Shown: piece after piece, positions 11,601 to 22,175 of the stretch | Numbering within the stretch: position 1 is the stretch's first letter | How the letters are laid out: the number at the start of each line of letters is the position of its first letter | Virus record (IMG/VR): IMGVR_UViG_3300042905_003268 | Coordinates: 39,780-103,779 of that record | From: a virus | Direction: 5' to 3' (one strand) | DNA: 64,000 nucleotides | The notes under the pieces: model-generated | The model's input: the letters and a program-made list of their open reading frames with translations, nothing else | The model's database searches: none | Told to the model about the DNA's origin: nothing | Program-made: the position numbers and the translations under genes

Positions 11601-12547
11601 AGGAATTCTCCAGGTCTATCTGGCGAAAAGATATTTTTTACTGGCATTATATCTGAACAATAAATCTCATATGGAGATACTTTAAAAGCAAAAATTTGAT
11701 CCACAAGAAGAGCGGCAACTTGTTCAGAATTAGTAGATATATCTATTCTTAATCTTACTTTATCTATATTAGAAGATAGTTTTGACTCATCTGGATTGGC
11801 AAAGTCTACAGATATAGTTTCCCAGTCTACTGCATTAACATTTATTCTTTTTGTAACTAGTTGAGTAAGAACTTCTTGATTATTCTTCATCCCGACCACA
11901 GTTAACACAACATCAAAATTTTCAGAATAACTACCTAATGGATTTTGTGATAATTGATAGTAGTAGTCAGACTTTAACATCATGTAAAATCTAACTCCAT
12001 CAGAAGCATTTGCATTATAATCTATATAATAAGAACTTTCTCCAACGGTTACAGATGCCCCTCTTACTGTTTTATCATTAATATTCTGTATAGAAGGATT
12101 ATTTGTAGTATAAACAATTTTACTTTTATCTGTTCCGGTTATAGTAGTAAACTTTCCATTAATATCATTAATATTTGTATCTACAAATATTTCTGATCCT
12201 ATTCCTATGTTATTTTTAATAGGAGATTTTGTTTTTAATGTAACTACTCCAGATTGAATACTTATATTATTAATAGTTATTGATTGTTCATCATAATCTG
12301 AAATTAATAATTTACAGTTAGTATCGGACCCTATTGATGTAGATATTCCTCTATTTACTGATTGTGGTGCGGGGGTAGATCCTGACGAATTTATAGTTGT
12401 TATTTCACTAAATGTTGGAGGAGATGCAGTACCGTACATATATGGATTTGATATTGCATTAGCATTCCACTCTGCAAAAATTCGTGGCTTTATGTCCAAG
12501 GAGTTGGACTTTGCGATATGCTCTCTTAAAGTGCTGTCTCCAAGCAT
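8639..12547 (-). CDS. Large minor tail (tail tip / hub) protein
   Basis: 1302 aa, second gene after the tape measure. Confidence 0.6.
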   Translation of the reverse strand: MLGDSTLREHIAKSNSLDIKPRIFAEWNANAISNPYMYGTASPPTFSEITTINSSGSTPAPQSVNRGISTSIGSDTNCKLLISDYDEQSITINNISIQSGVVTLKTKSPIKNNIGIGSEIFVDTNINDINGKFTTITGTDKSKIVYTTNNPSIQNINDKTVRGASVTVGESSYYIDYNANASDGVRFYMMLKSDYYYQLSQNPLGSYSENFDVVLTVVGMKNNQEVLTQLVTKRINVNAVDWETISVDFANPDESKLSSNIDKVRLRIDISTNSEQVAALLVDQIFAFKVSPYEIYCSDIMPVKNIFSPDRPGEFLLETGPVNVNLSSTETFPQQCTNVHMAMRWAITRRFSRIQRSVAPYAGNPNSYYVSGSSSDSKKFWCVYKKDFKTNNVVIKVNSIINKPSNFSIKAFINNAWTEIATHATASFNASGILRIYYNGTQWSSNQWAYNSYPKISSTNGDIDKYVSIKAIAIEINSLSYSSGNNEIRGGTSAFDLNYLDIIEISPRLSLDLSDYLIDFSINKEIADDSIPLPLGNLSSNSATINFSKIPIIISNPDLQTSETNDIVPISNYASIYVSGSEQSRSPLKDMLVRGVKLRGFFDIDTSLSGSGPANTKSSVPAFVMYSELWSESNNTIKVECYDIIKRLQSTLSRPLYLKGKTIQEVIYSILDSIGFSDYMSNELSDLRILKSFSNDNSENNLVNNLESINHYWSSKDNSAADSLNDIFKVYQISMFADETGAVRFTSLYDINRRLNNVSNEYVVNIQDFTDSNSTSNLASFLIDENERPSKITLRYKKPYPYYTQPKIGKKVKKTLSDSSGSLVKNTSKIVWEPEQEGLVLPYFELSAPGITSKSQKFIKFNIDNLKYINKTIDFNGYLLIDSEIVKYDGLEYIFTPVNISNNEINNSGESFKAIIKNREDLVSIISDATDRFGAKTIYYQPTGYLMNVERGVFGTIPDRHITVNANSPKDWSAKEFDSKYDNVSSLDKSDGKYSLSNGRISLISEKTNGGIIITPNKNNTVGSKRKLFMRYGLGNIPANKSGYLGAAIGVNIESGKIKDGLFIFTGTESKDKKTEVKLFIQEIVNGTINNIVPKGRMELDETLFEENEQIELYVNFNASRNSMRVYVGPTSIFQKIKKGKDKEEKKTEKIIDVGHEVKLKIDKDSTFGFVALEYGRGWLDDFAFTSKSDPRNLNNDNIDDIENDYSYDEKAGNLFYIGKNTLLNQIVYNRNIEFSINNPLNKDNFIWTGAPVARGLKILNIEFNDFPISGNATAKFLGYSYESNSVKINNDLRNSDTKDEF

Positions 12548-13014
12548 CAGATCTCCGTAAATTCAGCAGATACGTTCCAGTAATCAAAGTTCCGGTATCT
12601 CTTGATGACATCAAAACCGAAGTCAGTCCAATACACTTGACATGTCTCATCTACTGGGGCTTCTGCATTATTTCTTTTATATCTTAAAGTTAAAGTAAGT
12701 GGACTATAACAATATAATTCATAGTAAGCCTTCATTTTAGCAGCGTCAGCATTCCCGTCTGCCATCATTGTAGATACTGTAGGCATCATATCCCATGTAC
12801 ATGAAAAACCCTTTTTCTTAGAAATAATACTTTTTCTCATGGTTCCATCAGCCATTCTTTGAGAATTTTCTATTATTTCGTAGGAAACGCTAAGTGGCGA
12901 TCTTGAATGATCGGATAAAGTTAGTTGACCATTATTTGGTGTTGATGTAGAGAATTCAGAGGCGGCCTTACCATTGGCTTGAAGTCTAATAATTGATGGA
13001 ATTATAAATGTCAT
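12547..13014 (-). CDS. Distal-tail-like minor tail protein
   Basis: Directly follows the tape measure; RMADGTMRK...W...VSAEFTEI. Confidence 0.6.
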   Translation of the reverse strand: MTFIIPSIIRLQANGKAASEFSTSTPNNGQLTLSDHSRSPLSVSYEIIENSQRMADGTMRKSIISKKKGFSCTWDMMPTVSTMMADGNADAAKMKAYYELYCYSPLTLTLRYKRNNAEAPVDETCQVYWTDFGFDVIKRYRNFDYWNVSAEFTEI

Positions 13015-16000
13015 ACTCTAGTTACCGCCCCAACCATTCTTTCTTTTCTTTTAAGTGATTTCATTACGGCTTCTGCTATATCATCAGGAGATGAATTAGT
13101 CCCTGCTACGTTTACATTTATATTATACTCTACATTAGAAATTGGAGAGGAATCATTATTCATTCCAAACTTCCTGGAAAGCATTCCACCATCTCCCATT
13201 CTTTGGACATATCCAGGATACTTAGAAGAGAACATTCCTCCCATGGCTGCCTCTGGAAGTATACCCTTATTTACAGCATCCATAAAGTCTTTACCATAAT
13301 GACTTACAGCACTTGCATTCATTACATATTCGCCGTTGCTTATTAGTGCAAGAATATCGTCTGACGTTGGCCCACCCTTACCGTACACCTTCCCGCCCAT
13401 CTTAAATTTAGCAGTCGGTATTCCCATCCCAGCAATTGTTTCTGGTAAATATCTCTTTATTGCAGATCCGCCAGCACGCTGTCTGGCTCTATCCATTCCA
13501 GCGCCGTCAATTCCAGTAATTTGAGTTCCTAATGCTTCACTTCTAGCATGGAACATGCTTCCATTTCCTAGCGCCATGCCAACGTGATTAATTGGATTTG
13601 ATGTATTTACCCCATTTGGATAGTAGAAGAATAACAAGTCCCCAGGAAGCATATCGTTAACTCTTGATCCAGAACCACTTGAATATTGTGATGCAGATAA
13701 TGATGGGTGACCTGGGTCTACTCCAGCATAGGAATCATAGAGCCACTTAGTGGCAGTAGCGCATCCCCACCCGTTTGCTGGTCCATCTGCCCATGCTGCC
13801 CCAGATGAATATGGTGTTCCAACAAATCTTCTCGCATAGTCAGATATACCTTCTCCTAGTACAGTAAGATTTTCTTTACCTACTCTGACTAGTCCACCTT
13901 CAGCAAATTTAAATGGGGCAAGTCCTTCTCCAGTTTTTATAGAAACTAGATCCATTCCCAATGAGTCCTGAAGATACTTAAGTAATTGTTTATTCTCTGA
14001 AGACATAGAATCAATCTTAGATAGATCAAGTTGCCAGTAAGGTCCAACTCTTCTAAATCCAGATCCACTAAGCAATCTAGTTGGAGAAAGACCAATACTT
14101 TTAGCGTATCCAACTATCGAGTCATGATTATTTACAAAATCGTCGTGCTTTATTCTTCTAGGCATAAGAACATTTTCTGGGTCAAATGCTCTGTATGGTC
14201 TATCTGGAGAAATCTTTGTGTTTACTCCATGCTCAGTAACTACTTCTGCCCAGGCTGATTCTGGAATAAATTGTGCAAATTCGTCAGCCCAGCCAGTAGT
14301 TCCAAGAATCTGTGGCAAGTCTCCTACTGATATGTCTGTTGCCCAAATTCCTCTGCCAGCCCATCTTGAGAAAGATTTAGCAACATTTGGATCTGTTGTA
14401 GAGTATCCTCTAAAAACACCATGAACATTTGATTGTTCGCTTCTAGTTAATCCTCTATATAGTCTAATTAAATCTGTGTCTGAAAGTCCATAGTTTTGTC
14501 TTGCATATACAGAGTTTACTGATCTAATAAAGTCATGATCTAATAATGCTGTAGCCTTATCTGCAGATGTGCTAGTATCTTGTGCAGATATAGATGAATT
14601 CCTAACCTTTGACATAAACTCATCAAACGTCATGTCTCCGACTGCTGGGCTTCCAGATGCTGAAAGTTCATCGTAAATAGACTTAAATCTCTTTGCCTGA
14701 TTTGTGTCTCTAAGAATGTCTAGAACGCTCAATCCATGTTGATGCATTCTTGCTCCTGGATTTCCACCCATTGATGAACTATATGGTGGAGCATTGATTA
14801 CATCTAGTTTTCTTACATTTCCATTCTCGTCAAATATCTTTCCAATAAGGTCTGCTTTTTCTGCTGGAGTAATAGAAGGCCATGCAGTTTCTACATAATC
14901 CTCAAAGTCCTGTCTAGACATGCCTAGCATGTCTTCATAGTCCTTTGCTACAATATCTCTACTTGCTCTAGTTCCTGTGGCTCCAGCCTTTACACCTACT
15001 GGAATAAAACCGCTGGCCATGCTGCTGCTTCCCTTTCCGCCACCTGGGGCAAAGTCTAGCATGGAAGCAAGTAGTTCTGATCCTGAAGTATTTAGATAGT
15101 TGTCTCCACCAATAAGCGATCCGATAGAGGTTCTATTCCAATTTATTCTGTCTAAGAATGAATCTCCAGATCTTTCTGATCTCATAAATGGAGGAACAAA
15201 TCCCCCAAGTAGAAGGTCGGTTGTTGATGCTGCAATATTTCTTAATATTTGCCATATACCACCAACCTCTTCACCAATTCCTGGAGAGTAAAATGGTTGT
15301 CTAGTCATAGACATTATTGAAGCATTTCTTAATGCTTTATTGTATAGTCCCTTCATTACACCGCTGCCACCGCTCTGTCTTGTAGCCTGTGTATTTGAAT
15401 TACTATATCCACTAGTATATGTAGGTGTTCCACCAGAATATTGTGGTTTAGGCTTGTATCCACCAAGATACTTGTTACCGCTTGCTGCTGTTTCTGCACG
15501 GTCGGCAGAAACATATCCGCCAGTATAAAACTTTCTAGCATTAATTTGATCTAATAATTCTGTGCCATACTGACTAACACTAGAAGCCTTGATTACATAT
15601 TCTCCATCAGAAAGTAGAGCAGGAATTTTATCTTCTGTTGGACCGCCTGGACCGCTTACATATCCACCAGTAGCATACTGTGGCATAGTGGAGGTAAACA
15701 TTCCATCTGGAATTCCATCAAACACCCTCTGCCATAGTGATCTTGCCCCACCATCATAAATCTTTGGATTTCCAGTAATTTGGAAGGTATAGTTAGTTAA
15801 ATTAGTTTTAAGTATGTTATTAATTTCATCTACAGTTTCCTGCATTCTTGTGGTCATAGTGTTGTAGAAATTATCTGCAGCAGTCTTTACTTCTGCATCT
15901 ATTACACCACTTATTCCATTTGTTGGATCTGTAAATAATATTTTGTATGAATCTACTGCTGACTTAAATGTATCTGTTATTGTTGTAATAACGCCAGTTG

Positions 16001-19000
16001 CGGTGTCTGGAGGGATAACTAATCCATTGATAAGTCCAGCAATCATATCTTTGCCTAATAACTTATATACTTCTGAGGGAGAATTAGTTTTTGTTTCATC
16101 TCTCATCCATATTTCAAGCCACTTTATAGCCTGTCTAGTGGCAGCCTCTGTTGCCTGAACTCCATCAGTTAAACCTTTTTCTACTCCAAGCATCAGGTCA
16201 GATCCAATATTTTCTCCAGTAAGTTTTACTCCACCCGCATTAAATGTTGGACCAGTTTGTGCAGTACTTTGACCAGCAGCGGTTCTTGCCACCTCTTCTA
16301 ATCTATCTGCAGAAAGACCTAAATCAGATATTGTTGCGCCCTCAGACAATTGTTTGTTTATTTTTCTTAGTCTATCCTGCGCCTTAAGAATAATATCATT
16401 CCACTCAACCCATCTAGCAATTTCATCATCTATTCCCTTGCCATCAAAGTCCTCGCCGTACTGATCATATAGTTTCTTTGCTTTTCTATATGCTTCATCA
16501 GTTTCATATCCAAGATCATACAAGGCTCCGGCTATAACATCTATTTTTTCTTTAGGATTAAGTTCTTTATCCAGAAGTGCCCCGAAAACATCTGGCATTA
16601 CTTCTTTTAGATCTTCTCCTGCTACGCCCATCTTCTTCAATGAATCTTCTATAAACTTATAATCATCGGTTTGAGCAAACAGTTGATTATTGTTGTCTAT
16701 CCATGAATCATATAATTCATTTAATATTTGATCTATATTTTCTGCGGGTATATTTAACTTCTCTAGTTCTTGTCTATAAGACTTTACTCTATCACTATCG
16801 AAGAAGGCTGTCCATGGCCCCATTTGTGAAGTTCTTACTCTTAGTTCCGCACCCTCTGTCCAGTTAACAACTCCACTAGTTAGAACCTCTACCCTATTAG
16901 CAGTCCATTTCTGTTGTGCTGCTGAAGGACCAGTAGATCCCCCACCACCGCCGCCACCAGAAGAAGCATCTTGAAGTTTTTGAAGTCTTTCTTTTTCTTT
17001 TTCAGCGGCAGCAATTTTCTTATCTTCTCTTTCCTGCCTTCTTCTTTCAATCTCTTCTGCTTGATATTTTTCTTTTTCTGCATTTAATTGTGCCTGTAAA
17101 AGAGCCGCTTCCGCAAAATTGCCTTCTGCTGTTGCTCTGGCTATTTGATTTTCTAAGTCTTGTCTGCGTAGTGCAAAATCCACTTGCTTTTCTTGTAATT
17201 CAAGTAGTTTTTGACGCTCCTCACGTTCCTTTTGAATACCTTCAATTATCTTATCTTGTGCTTCAATAAGTTTGTCGTAGTAGTCTGATCCAGATCCTCC
17301 AGATCCTCCTCCAGCGTCACCTGAGTAATCTATGGCTCCTAATGCTGATTGAATTGCATCTTCTGGATTCGTCGCAGCCTGGGCGGTAGGAGTTGTTCCA
17401 ACTGGACTTCCTTGTATGAAAGAGGTCCAAACATTCGCTCTAAAGTTTGCAGGATTAGTTCTTGCCATATCAGCAAGTGCTGCCCAGTCTGTATTAACAT
17501 CAGCAATAACCATTGATACAATTCTTAATGCATCTTGAAGTTGAACTCCGCCTTCCATCATCATGGAGAATGCTCTACCAGCATCTGGAGACATTTCATT
17601 AATTTGTGTTTGTATTTCACCAATTAGTTGCTTATTACTATCTAAAGCATTTGCACTAGCGCCTAGTGAAGTTAAGAATTGATCAAATGTCTGCCCCCCA
17701 GAAGCCATGGCAGCAAATATTCCTTGAGCCATCATAGATGCTTCATTGCCAACAGCCCCCATAACGTCTTCTATTTCATATAAGTCTGGAGATATGGCAA
17801 CGACTTCTTTTAATGCTGGCAAGATATCAAGTATGAATTGATTAAATTCTGGTCCATATTGCTGACCATCTACAGAAAGCCCTTTCATAGCAGCATCTAC
17901 TGCTGGGTTACTTTCTGCTTCAGGATTAGTTATTCGTTCTTGAATTAATCCTAGCAGTTCTTCTAGAGTCATTCCAAATTGTTCTGCTATGCTATTGAGA
18001 TATACTGCAGTATCTGCTAAATTAGCCTGTTCACTTTCCCCAGTTTGAGGGTTAACTGCTAGTACTTCTTTCCCGCCTCTAGATTCTTCATACAACTGCT
18101 GTGCTTTTCTTAATCTATCTGCTTCTTTTTCAGTATAATCAGCACCCCTAATTACTCTATCAGCAATATCTTGTAATTGTGCTAGATACTTTGCTCCTAT
18201 TTCTTCTGGCTTTGTGCCAAGTTTTCCTATTCGATCTAACTCAGCATTTACAATTGGAGCAAATATTTCTTTACCAGTAGCAGATAAATAACCACCTATC
18301 ATGGTCTTAATGCTCTTTATATCCATGCCACCTAGAAGTGCTTCTGAAACCATCTTACTAAACATTGGATCATTAATAAATTGCTCTGCAGATTCCATAG
18401 ATGCAATTTGATCTCTTCTTCCAGCCTCAACACTTCCTGGCTCCGCGTTTGCTACAGCATTAGCAAACTCTCTTAACTTATTAGTAGCCTCTTGCGTTCT
18501 TAGATTAAATGCATTTAATGGTAAATCTTCTAATTGTTTTAACGGCTCTACATTAAAGAATTGTTTTTCTAGTTCTGTGAGTCCAGTCTTAGACGCTTCT
18601 ATTCCAGCCTTTAGTTTTGCAAGTTCTGCTGCTGCTTCTTCAGACCTTCTGCCAAAGAATGAAATTCCTTCTACAGCGACACCTATAGCAGCACCTATAG
18701 CAAGTCCCTTGGGTCCAAACATTGCGCCCATGCCAGTCATATTTGCTATATTTATTCCAGCATTCATTGCTTGCCCAGCCCCAGTATCTTCTCCAGGACG
18801 AGGTAGGAACATCGCAGCCATACTTGCAAGGCTTATTGCTCCTCCCAACTTGCCTCCCGCAAGCATTCCTCCTTTGTTAGAAGATATTGCTGCAGTTTGC
18901 CCTTCTCTTGCTACAGTTCCTTTATTAGTAGAATCACTATTTCTTTGGGTAGAAACAATATTTTCTGTAACTTCCAGAGATTGTCTTTCTCTTAATGCTG

Positions 19001-22000
19001 CTAATTGAATTTCTTCTTCAGAAAGTTCTTGACTAGCCCTATTACTTTGCAATATGGCTGTCTTTTTTCTTTCTGATGCGGCAACTAATTCTACATCTAA
19101 CTGCATAAGTCTTTGTTGAGCCTGATATTCTGCTTGCTTTGCAGCCTTGTATTGAGGGCTATTAGGACCATATCTTAATAACGCCTGTGCGCTTTCTTTT
19201 TGTGCTTTAGCATATGCTGCCTGTGCCTCCGCTTGATTCTTTGCAGCAAGTTGGTACTGTTCTTCTGCTGCAACATTTTCTTCCGACGCCATGGCCTCAC
19301 GCTGTCTGGCTTCTGCCAATCTTAATAATGCATCTACAAGTTTTTTATTTCCTGTTGCTAATGCAGCAGACATTTCTTGACTTATTTGAGCATCATTAAA
19401 CATTCTATCTGTGTACATTTGAATGGCATGTAGTAATGGATTTCTTAACCCGCCTTCGCCCATTCCTTTAATTCCAGCAGCAGAAAGTGTTTGTGTAGGA
19501 TCAATCTCGTATGGAGTTATTATTCTCTCTTTAACTAGTTCTGCTGTACGAACTGCTCTTTCTCGTCCCGCTGGCATGGCAAGCAGTTCTTGTTCGATTT
19601 TATCGAACTCTGCCGCGATTTCTTTAACTTTTTTATCTACGGCCTGATCAGTACCATCTATAGCAGATCTTAATTCACTTAAAGATGCGATTGGATCTCT
19701 ACCAGATTCTATATCCTGTGAATATTTTTTAAACGCTGCAGCAACTTCTTGATTCCCTGCTTCTGCTTTTTCTGCAGCAACTGAAAGAATAGCAAAATAC
19801 TCTGTAGACTGAGTTGTAAGTTTTTCCCATGTAGGAAGAATTTGCGCCAATTGCTCATCTGTTAATGCTCTAATTTGTGCTAGAGAGGCTTCTAATGCTG
19901 GTCCTGTGCCATGATAACCTCTAGATAAGTCTTCTAAGGCTTGTCTTCTAATTTCTGGAGTTATTGATTCTTCTCTTAATGAAACTAAATCTTGATAGAA
20001 ATTTTTAAGATCTTTCTGAACATCAGATCCTGCCTGATCAACAAATGTACCAAGCCCTAGTACTCCTCTTCCCCCCAGCATAGACTCTGGTGTTAGGTGG
20101 GAATACGTTACTCCAGCCTCTGCCCTGCCTTTATATCTTTGTCTTCCTTGCTCCTTAGTCCATGGAATTTCAGGAGTAGTATATGGAGTTCCTGGACCCA
20201 TTCTTACAATTGCTGCGGCTTCTGCATTGGCTAGAACACCCTGTGAAACCTGATCCAATCCTCCAGATGCACTCTTTGTATGATTTAATTGATTAACAAG
20301 TTCTTGAAGTTTTTTGACCAGGGTGTCCACAGCCTGGGCCATTGTATTCATAGCAGTACCTTGATCGTAAAGGCTTTCTGAGAGCAACTCTGAGGCATCT
20401 CTTGCAGCAATAGAGTCTAATGTTAATAGATCAAAGGCTCCCCTGCCCTCTTTCTTAAATGCCATTAATGTTGATATGCCTTTAACTAGATAGCCAAAGA
20501 AGTTACCTAGTACACCAGTAATCATAATAATTGGACCAAGTACCGCCGTGAATCCTAATAATCCATTAATAATATTTTTTATTGGGTCTGGTATAGCATT
20601 AAATATTTCTAATATTTTATTTCCAACATTTAGTAATATCGTGCCAATAGTTACAAATGTCTCACCGATTGGGATGAGGCTTGCCTTTAGTGATTCGAAA
20701 GCCCTTTGGAATTTACCAGTAACTGACTCTGTTACTGCTTTTAATTCTGCGTCTGCATTTTTTGCAAGTTCCTCTATGCTCATTCCTGCTATAGCAAACA
20801 CTTGTTCTGTCTGACTTCCCGCCCTGCCGAGGTTCGCTAGAAGAGCATTGATTCTTGAAAATTGGAACTTACCAAAGATCTGTTCGATAGATCTTTGTCT
20901 ACTTAAATCATCAAGTCCTGCTAAAGCAGACTGTAGATCCATCAGGGTTCCAATAACATCTCCAGCATTTTTATCTACAATACTTTTAATGTCTATGCCA
21001 AATCCTGACAGGACTTCCGTTGTTTGTTTTGTAGGATTAATCAAGGATGCTAGAGATGACTTGATTGCGTTGGCTGCCTCAGATGCAGATACGCCACCTT
21101 CACGCATAGCAACCATCATTGCTGCGAGATCCTCAACATCTCCACCCAGACCTTGCACAACTGGTCCAGCCTTAACAATTCCAGTTACTAAATCATTAAT
21201 TGTTGCAGAGGTTTGATTTTCTACAGCATTGAGTAAGTTAATGGATTGCGTTAGACCTTCTGTATCCTTTTTGAACACACTCTGAATTGAAAGAGTAGCC
21301 TTCATAGCCTCTTGTCTATCAACTTCTCCGAGTACTGATAATCTCATTGCCTCGCTAGTAGCGGCAAGCAACTCGTTGCCCTGCACTCCAGTAGCAGCAA
21401 TATCTGCAGCAATTCCTAGAGTTTCTTCAACTGAAACTCCCATAGTGCGAGCAATTTCTTGAGATAATGCTAGAGTTTCACTTCTTATTTTAGCCAACTC
21501 GCTAGAGTTAACCATACCCTTTGTTGCATCTCCATAAACCTTAGTAAGTCTTGTTAGTTGCTTATCAGCATCCATAAACGCTTTTCCAGCGGCTGCTCCA
21601 AAGATGGTGAGTGGTACGGTTAATCCTACTGTTAACTGCCTACCAGCCCATTGTGTATTCTTGCCCCAATTAATAATTTCAGTAGATCCATTAGCAACTA
21701 CTTGTCTAAAGATTCTGTATTCTTGATTAAGAATTCTTTGCTTTTCAATTCCTTCATCAATTCCTCTAGGAACAATTACTTGAGTAGCACCATCAGCCAT
21801 TCTCATGGTTGTGGAATTCATAAGCCTTACTTGTTCTCTTGCAAGTTGTCTAATTTGACCTAACTCGCCTCTTCTATAGTCAGAGGCTGCTTTAAATAAT
21901 TGACCAAGCCTAGCGCTACCAGACTCAAGGCTCCTGCCGAATCTAGTAGTTTCTGTTGTAAGGTTTACCATGTGTCGTTCAAACATGCCGCTACTATCAA

Positions 22001-22175
22001 TGGCGTTGTTGAACTGATTTTGGAATGATGATACTGAATTAGATAATGCAGAATTAAACCCAATGCTCATCATAGAGGCATTGAGAGAATCTATTTGAGA
22101 TCTTAATCTAGCAACTGAAGTTTCTACATTTCTAAAATTACCCGTAGCAACTATATTAAGTTCTATGCGACTCAT
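13011..22175 (-). CDS. Tape measure protein with C-terminal ART-like and NlpC/P60 domains
   Basis: 3054 aa, Ala/Gly-rich helical; GLTVPL..FG TMP core; follows the tail chaperone; NlpC/P60 GTPY...C...PGDLLFF...HVG. Confidence 0.9.
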   Translation of the reverse strand: MSRIELNIVATGNFRNVETSVARLRSQIDSLNASMMSIGFNSALSNSVSSFQNQFNNAIDSSGMFERHMVNLTTETTRFGRSLESGSARLGQLFKAASDYRRGELGQIRQLAREQVRLMNSTTMRMADGATQVIVPRGIDEGIEKQRILNQEYRIFRQVVANGSTEIINWGKNTQWAGRQLTVGLTVPLTIFGAAAGKAFMDADKQLTRLTKVYGDATKGMVNSSELAKIRSETLALSQEIARTMGVSVEETLGIAADIAATGVQGNELLAATSEAMRLSVLGEVDRQEAMKATLSIQSVFKKDTEGLTQSINLLNAVENQTSATINDLVTGIVKAGPVVQGLGGDVEDLAAMMVAMREGGVSASEAANAIKSSLASLINPTKQTTEVLSGFGIDIKSIVDKNAGDVIGTLMDLQSALAGLDDLSRQRSIEQIFGKFQFSRINALLANLGRAGSQTEQVFAIAGMSIEELAKNADAELKAVTESVTGKFQRAFESLKASLIPIGETFVTIGTILLNVGNKILEIFNAIPDPIKNIINGLLGFTAVLGPIIMITGVLGNFFGYLVKGISTLMAFKKEGRGAFDLLTLDSIAARDASELLSESLYDQGTAMNTMAQAVDTLVKKLQELVNQLNHTKSASGGLDQVSQGVLANAEAAAIVRMGPGTPYTTPEIPWTKEQGRQRYKGRAEAGVTYSHLTPESMLGGRGVLGLGTFVDQAGSDVQKDLKNFYQDLVSLREESITPEIRRQALEDLSRGYHGTGPALEASLAQIRALTDEQLAQILPTWEKLTTQSTEYFAILSVAAEKAEAGNQEVAAAFKKYSQDIESGRDPIASLSELRSAIDGTDQAVDKKVKEIAAEFDKIEQELLAMPAGRERAVRTAELVKERIITPYEIDPTQTLSAAGIKGMGEGGLRNPLLHAIQMYTDRMFNDAQISQEMSAALATGNKKLVDALLRLAEARQREAMASEENVAAEEQYQLAAKNQAEAQAAYAKAQKESAQALLRYGPNSPQYKAAKQAEYQAQQRLMQLDVELVAASERKKTAILQSNRASQELSEEEIQLAALRERQSLEVTENIVSTQRNSDSTNKGTVAREGQTAAISSNKGGMLAGGKLGGAISLASMAAMFLPRPGEDTGAGQAMNAGINIANMTGMGAMFGPKGLAIGAAIGVAVEGISFFGRRSEEAAAELAKLKAGIEASKTGLTELEKQFFNVEPLKQLEDLPLNAFNLRTQEATNKLREFANAVANAEPGSVEAGRRDQIASMESAEQFINDPMFSKMVSEALLGGMDIKSIKTMIGGYLSATGKEIFAPIVNAELDRIGKLGTKPEEIGAKYLAQLQDIADRVIRGADYTEKEADRLRKAQQLYEESRGGKEVLAVNPQTGESEQANLADTAVYLNSIAEQFGMTLEELLGLIQERITNPEAESNPAVDAAMKGLSVDGQQYGPEFNQFILDILPALKEVVAISPDLYEIEDVMGAVGNEASMMAQGIFAAMASGGQTFDQFLTSLGASANALDSNKQLIGEIQTQINEMSPDAGRAFSMMMEGGVQLQDALRIVSMVIADVNTDWAALADMARTNPANFRANVWTSFIQGSPVGTTPTAQAATNPEDAIQSALGAIDYSGDAGGGSGGSGSDYYDKLIEAQDKIIEGIQKEREERQKLLELQEKQVDFALRRQDLENQIARATAEGNFAEAALLQAQLNAEKEKYQAEEIERRRQEREDKKIAAAEKEKERLQKLQDASSGGGGGGGSTGPSAAQQKWTANRVEVLTSGVVNWTEGAELRVRTSQMGPWTAFFDSDRVKSYRQELEKLNIPAENIDQILNELYDSWIDNNNQLFAQTDDYKFIEDSLKKMGVAGEDLKEVMPDVFGALLDKELNPKEKIDVIAGALYDLGYETDEAYRKAKKLYDQYGEDFDGKGIDDEIARWVEWNDIILKAQDRLRKINKQLSEGATISDLGLSADRLEEVARTAAGQSTAQTGPTFNAGGVKLTGENIGSDLMLGVEKGLTDGVQATEAATRQAIKWLEIWMRDETKTNSPSEVYKLLGKDMIAGLINGLVIPPDTATGVITTITDTFKSAVDSYKILFTDPTNGISGVIDAEVKTAADNFYNTMTTRMQETVDEINNILKTNLTNYTFQITGNPKIYDGGARSLWQRVFDGIPDGMFTSTMPQYATGGYVSGPGGPTEDKIPALLSDGEYVIKASSVSQYGTELLDQINARKFYTGGYVSADRAETAASGNKYLGGYKPKPQYSGGTPTYTSGYSNSNTQATRQSGGSGVMKGLYNKALRNASIMSMTRQPFYSPGIGEEVGGIWQILRNIAASTTDLLLGGFVPPFMRSERSGDSFLDRINWNRTSIGSLIGGDNYLNTSGSELLASMLDFAPGGGKGSSSMASGFIPVGVKAGATGTRASRDIVAKDYEDMLGMSRQDFEDYVETAWPSITPAEKADLIGKIFDENGNVRKLDVINAPPYSSSMGGNPGARMHQHGLSVLDILRDTNQAKRFKSIYDELSASGSPAVGDMTFDEFMSKVRNSSISAQDTSTSADKATALLDHDFIRSVNSVYARQNYGLSDTDLIRLYRGLTRSEQSNVHGVFRGYSTTDPNVAKSFSRWAGRGIWATDISVGDLPQILGTTGWADEFAQFIPESAWAEVVTEHGVNTKISPDRPYRAFDPENVLMPRRIKHDDFVNNHDSIVGYAKSIGLSPTRLLSGSGFRRVGPYWQLDLSKIDSMSSENKQLLKYLQDSLGMDLVSIKTGEGLAPFKFAEGGLVRVGKENLTVLGEGISDYARRFVGTPYSSGAAWADGPANGWGCATATKWLYDSYAGVDPGHPSLSASQYSSGSGSRVNDMLPGDLLFFYYPNGVNTSNPINHVGMALGNGSMFHARSEALGTQITGIDGAGMDRARQRAGGSAIKRYLPETIAGMGIPTAKFKMGGKVYGKGGPTSDDILALISNGEYVMNASAVSHYGKDFMDAVNKGILPEAAMGGMFSSKYPGYVQRMGDGGMLSRKFGMNNDSSPISNVEYNINVNVAGTNSSPDDIAEAVMKSLKRKERMVGAVTRV

